Assembly: GCA_029717555.1 (NCBI GenBank)
Contig: JAMDHS010000065.1
Coordinates: 1-64,000, forward strand
Reading direction: 5' to 3'
From: Peribolospora baueri
Lineage: Eukaryota
Length of the DNA: 64,000 nt
Position numbers and translations under genes: made by a program. The notes beneath the pieces are model-generated. The model was not told the origin of the DNA. It saw nothing but the letters and a program-made list of their open reading frames with translations, and did not search any database. Below, piece by piece: positions 62,501-64,000 of this stretch (position 1 is the stretch's first letter; every line of letters begins with the position of its first letter).

Positions 62501-62861
62501 GTGAGGATGGAGCGCACGTCGAGGCAGAACGAGCTGAATTCGCGCAATGTGCACGTGCTGGAGAGCGACGAGGAGGAGTTTATGACGATGAGGGACCGAC
62601 AGTTTAGCAGGCCGGAGAGCGAGGACGTGAGTCGATGTTGTGTCCCTGTCCGTCCACCTCTACTTTGTTCTCATCCCGCTTCACCCTTCTCTCTGCCAGC
62701 ACATGCTTTTGTGGAAGAACACGCACGCGCTCCGGTACCTCTTCGGCTACGACACCACGGCGGCGTTTGAGGCGTACCTTGCGAAGAAGAACGCGAATCA
62801 GCCGGCTTGGGCAAGCGCTAAGGACAGGGTGGCCAGGCTGCTCCCGTCTTGGGGCTTCTGA
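59566..62861 (+). CDS. FAD-dependent monooxygenase (salicylate-hydroxylase-like, group A) with long disordered N-terminus
   Basis: NVLILGAGPVGLTAA...VWER (GxGxxG), IPPNGARVL, DLIIGADG (DG motif) and [26 protein letters not shown] (GD motif). Confidence 0.9.
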
Positions 62862-63856
62862 GATGGCGGCTCTCTTCCTCATCGCTTTCTTTCTTTCTTC
62901 TCCCATCCCCTTCGTCTTCGTCCTCGTCCTCGTCCTTCTCCACGCCCGCTCCATCCGCGCACCTTGTCCTCTGCCGCGCGCTGTATCCACTCGACGCTGC
63001 CTTGATTTTGTACCCAACCATTCTTCCTTCCTCCCCTCCTTCCTTCCTTACTACTCTTCTATCGTTCTCTCCCGGATGCCACTGCCATTCATTCATTATT
63101 CATCCATTTTTTATCCATCTCTTCGCCCGTTGCCCGCGTCGAGTCGGATGTAGCGGCACACGTGACAGGCGCGCGGAAAGACGCGCGTGTGCTGCGGCGA
63201 TGGGGGCCCCTATTTACCTTGGGTGCGGTGGGCCGTGCGTGGGCGGTTAGGAGAGCGTCTAGGCGGAGGCGGTGGTAAGGTATGTGAGGTGGATGGGAGA
63301 GGGAAGGATATGTGAAATGGCCGGGGGGAGGAAGCGTGAGGCGGAGGGGAGACGGCGTGGGCGTAGGCGTTGTGAGTGGGCGGCGAGTGGGTGTTGCATG
63401 TCTTTGTGTGTGTAGCGAGTGTAATGTTGCAGCCGCTCGTTCCTTTCTCCTGAGCAAGATCGTCGTCGTCGTCGACATCTTCTCAACTCTCGTCTGCTCC
63501 ACCAGCTGTCACAGGATAACGAGACAAGACGAGACGAGACGATACCACTCGACTCGGTCCCATGGATGGCACAGCAACGACTGACCTTTGACTGACGACT
63601 CCTCCACGACGTCCTTGACCGCCGCGATATCTATATACCTCCATCTCGACCACCATCCTCCAGCATGCACCGAAAGCCAGCGCCCACGTTCCTCCCTCCC
63701 TTCTCTTCTCTTCCCTTCGCCTCTGCTTCTCCACCTCCAATCTCCCCCGTCGACCCTTTCGACGACGCCCACCACCCCGCTCCCTCGCCCCGCCGCCCTC
63801 TCCCGCTCCAAAGCCCCTACGCTCCCCAACAGCAGTCGCAGCCGGCGGCGGGCGAC

Positions 63857-64000
63857 ATGGACAACCTTTACCCTTCTTCTTACGCCGACTACGCTTCCAC
63901 CCCACCACAGCCCTCTACTTCGGCTCCCCTCCGCCGCTCCCTCGCCATCGACGACCAGGCCTCCGCCGCGCTCGCAGCTCAGATTCATGCCCGATTCGGT
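63857..64000 (+). CDS. Probable 5' end of a gene truncated by the window edge
   Basis: ATG after a pyrimidine-rich leader; frame MDNLYPSSYADYASTPPQPSTSAPLRRSLAIDDQASAALAAQIHARFG stays open to the end. Confidence 0.45.
   Translation, partial: MDNLYPSSYADYASTPPQPSTSAPLRRSLAIDDQASAALAAQIHARFG

Noticed and set aside
161..62861. Stop-codon readthrough (TGA CTA) producing cryptic peroxisomal signals, as known in smut fungi
   Set aside because: None of the modelled stop codons I checked has the TGA CTA context.

Overview
GC-rich, intron-dense eukaryotic DNA that reads as a basidiomycete fungus (GTGAGT-type donors, short introns, fungal gene set); this taxonomic call is an inference. I spliced about 18 protein genes by eye: NAD-glutamate dehydrogenase, MTC1, sorting nexin MVP1, a LEA_2-like membrane protein, an SDR, a PQ-loop transporter, NPR3, HPM1, a TOK1-type two-pore K+ channel, HSV2, a PCI/SAC3-like protein, a HAD-IIA hydrolase, a full-length ABCB/MDR transporter, CCDC25/JLP2, an FAD monooxygenase and several orphans. 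There is also one tRNA-Arg(UCU) and a TA-flanked Tc1/mariner-type MITE. The strongest finding is a 122-nt AT-AC intron (32604-32725) with a U2-like donor (ATGAGT) inside the second selectivity filter of the K+ channel; only its removal plus a 10-nt microexon restores TIGYGD. Also seen are a GC-AG intron and several 6-19 nt microexons that fall on catalytic motifs. All gene models are manual and unconfirmed by transcript data or database searches.
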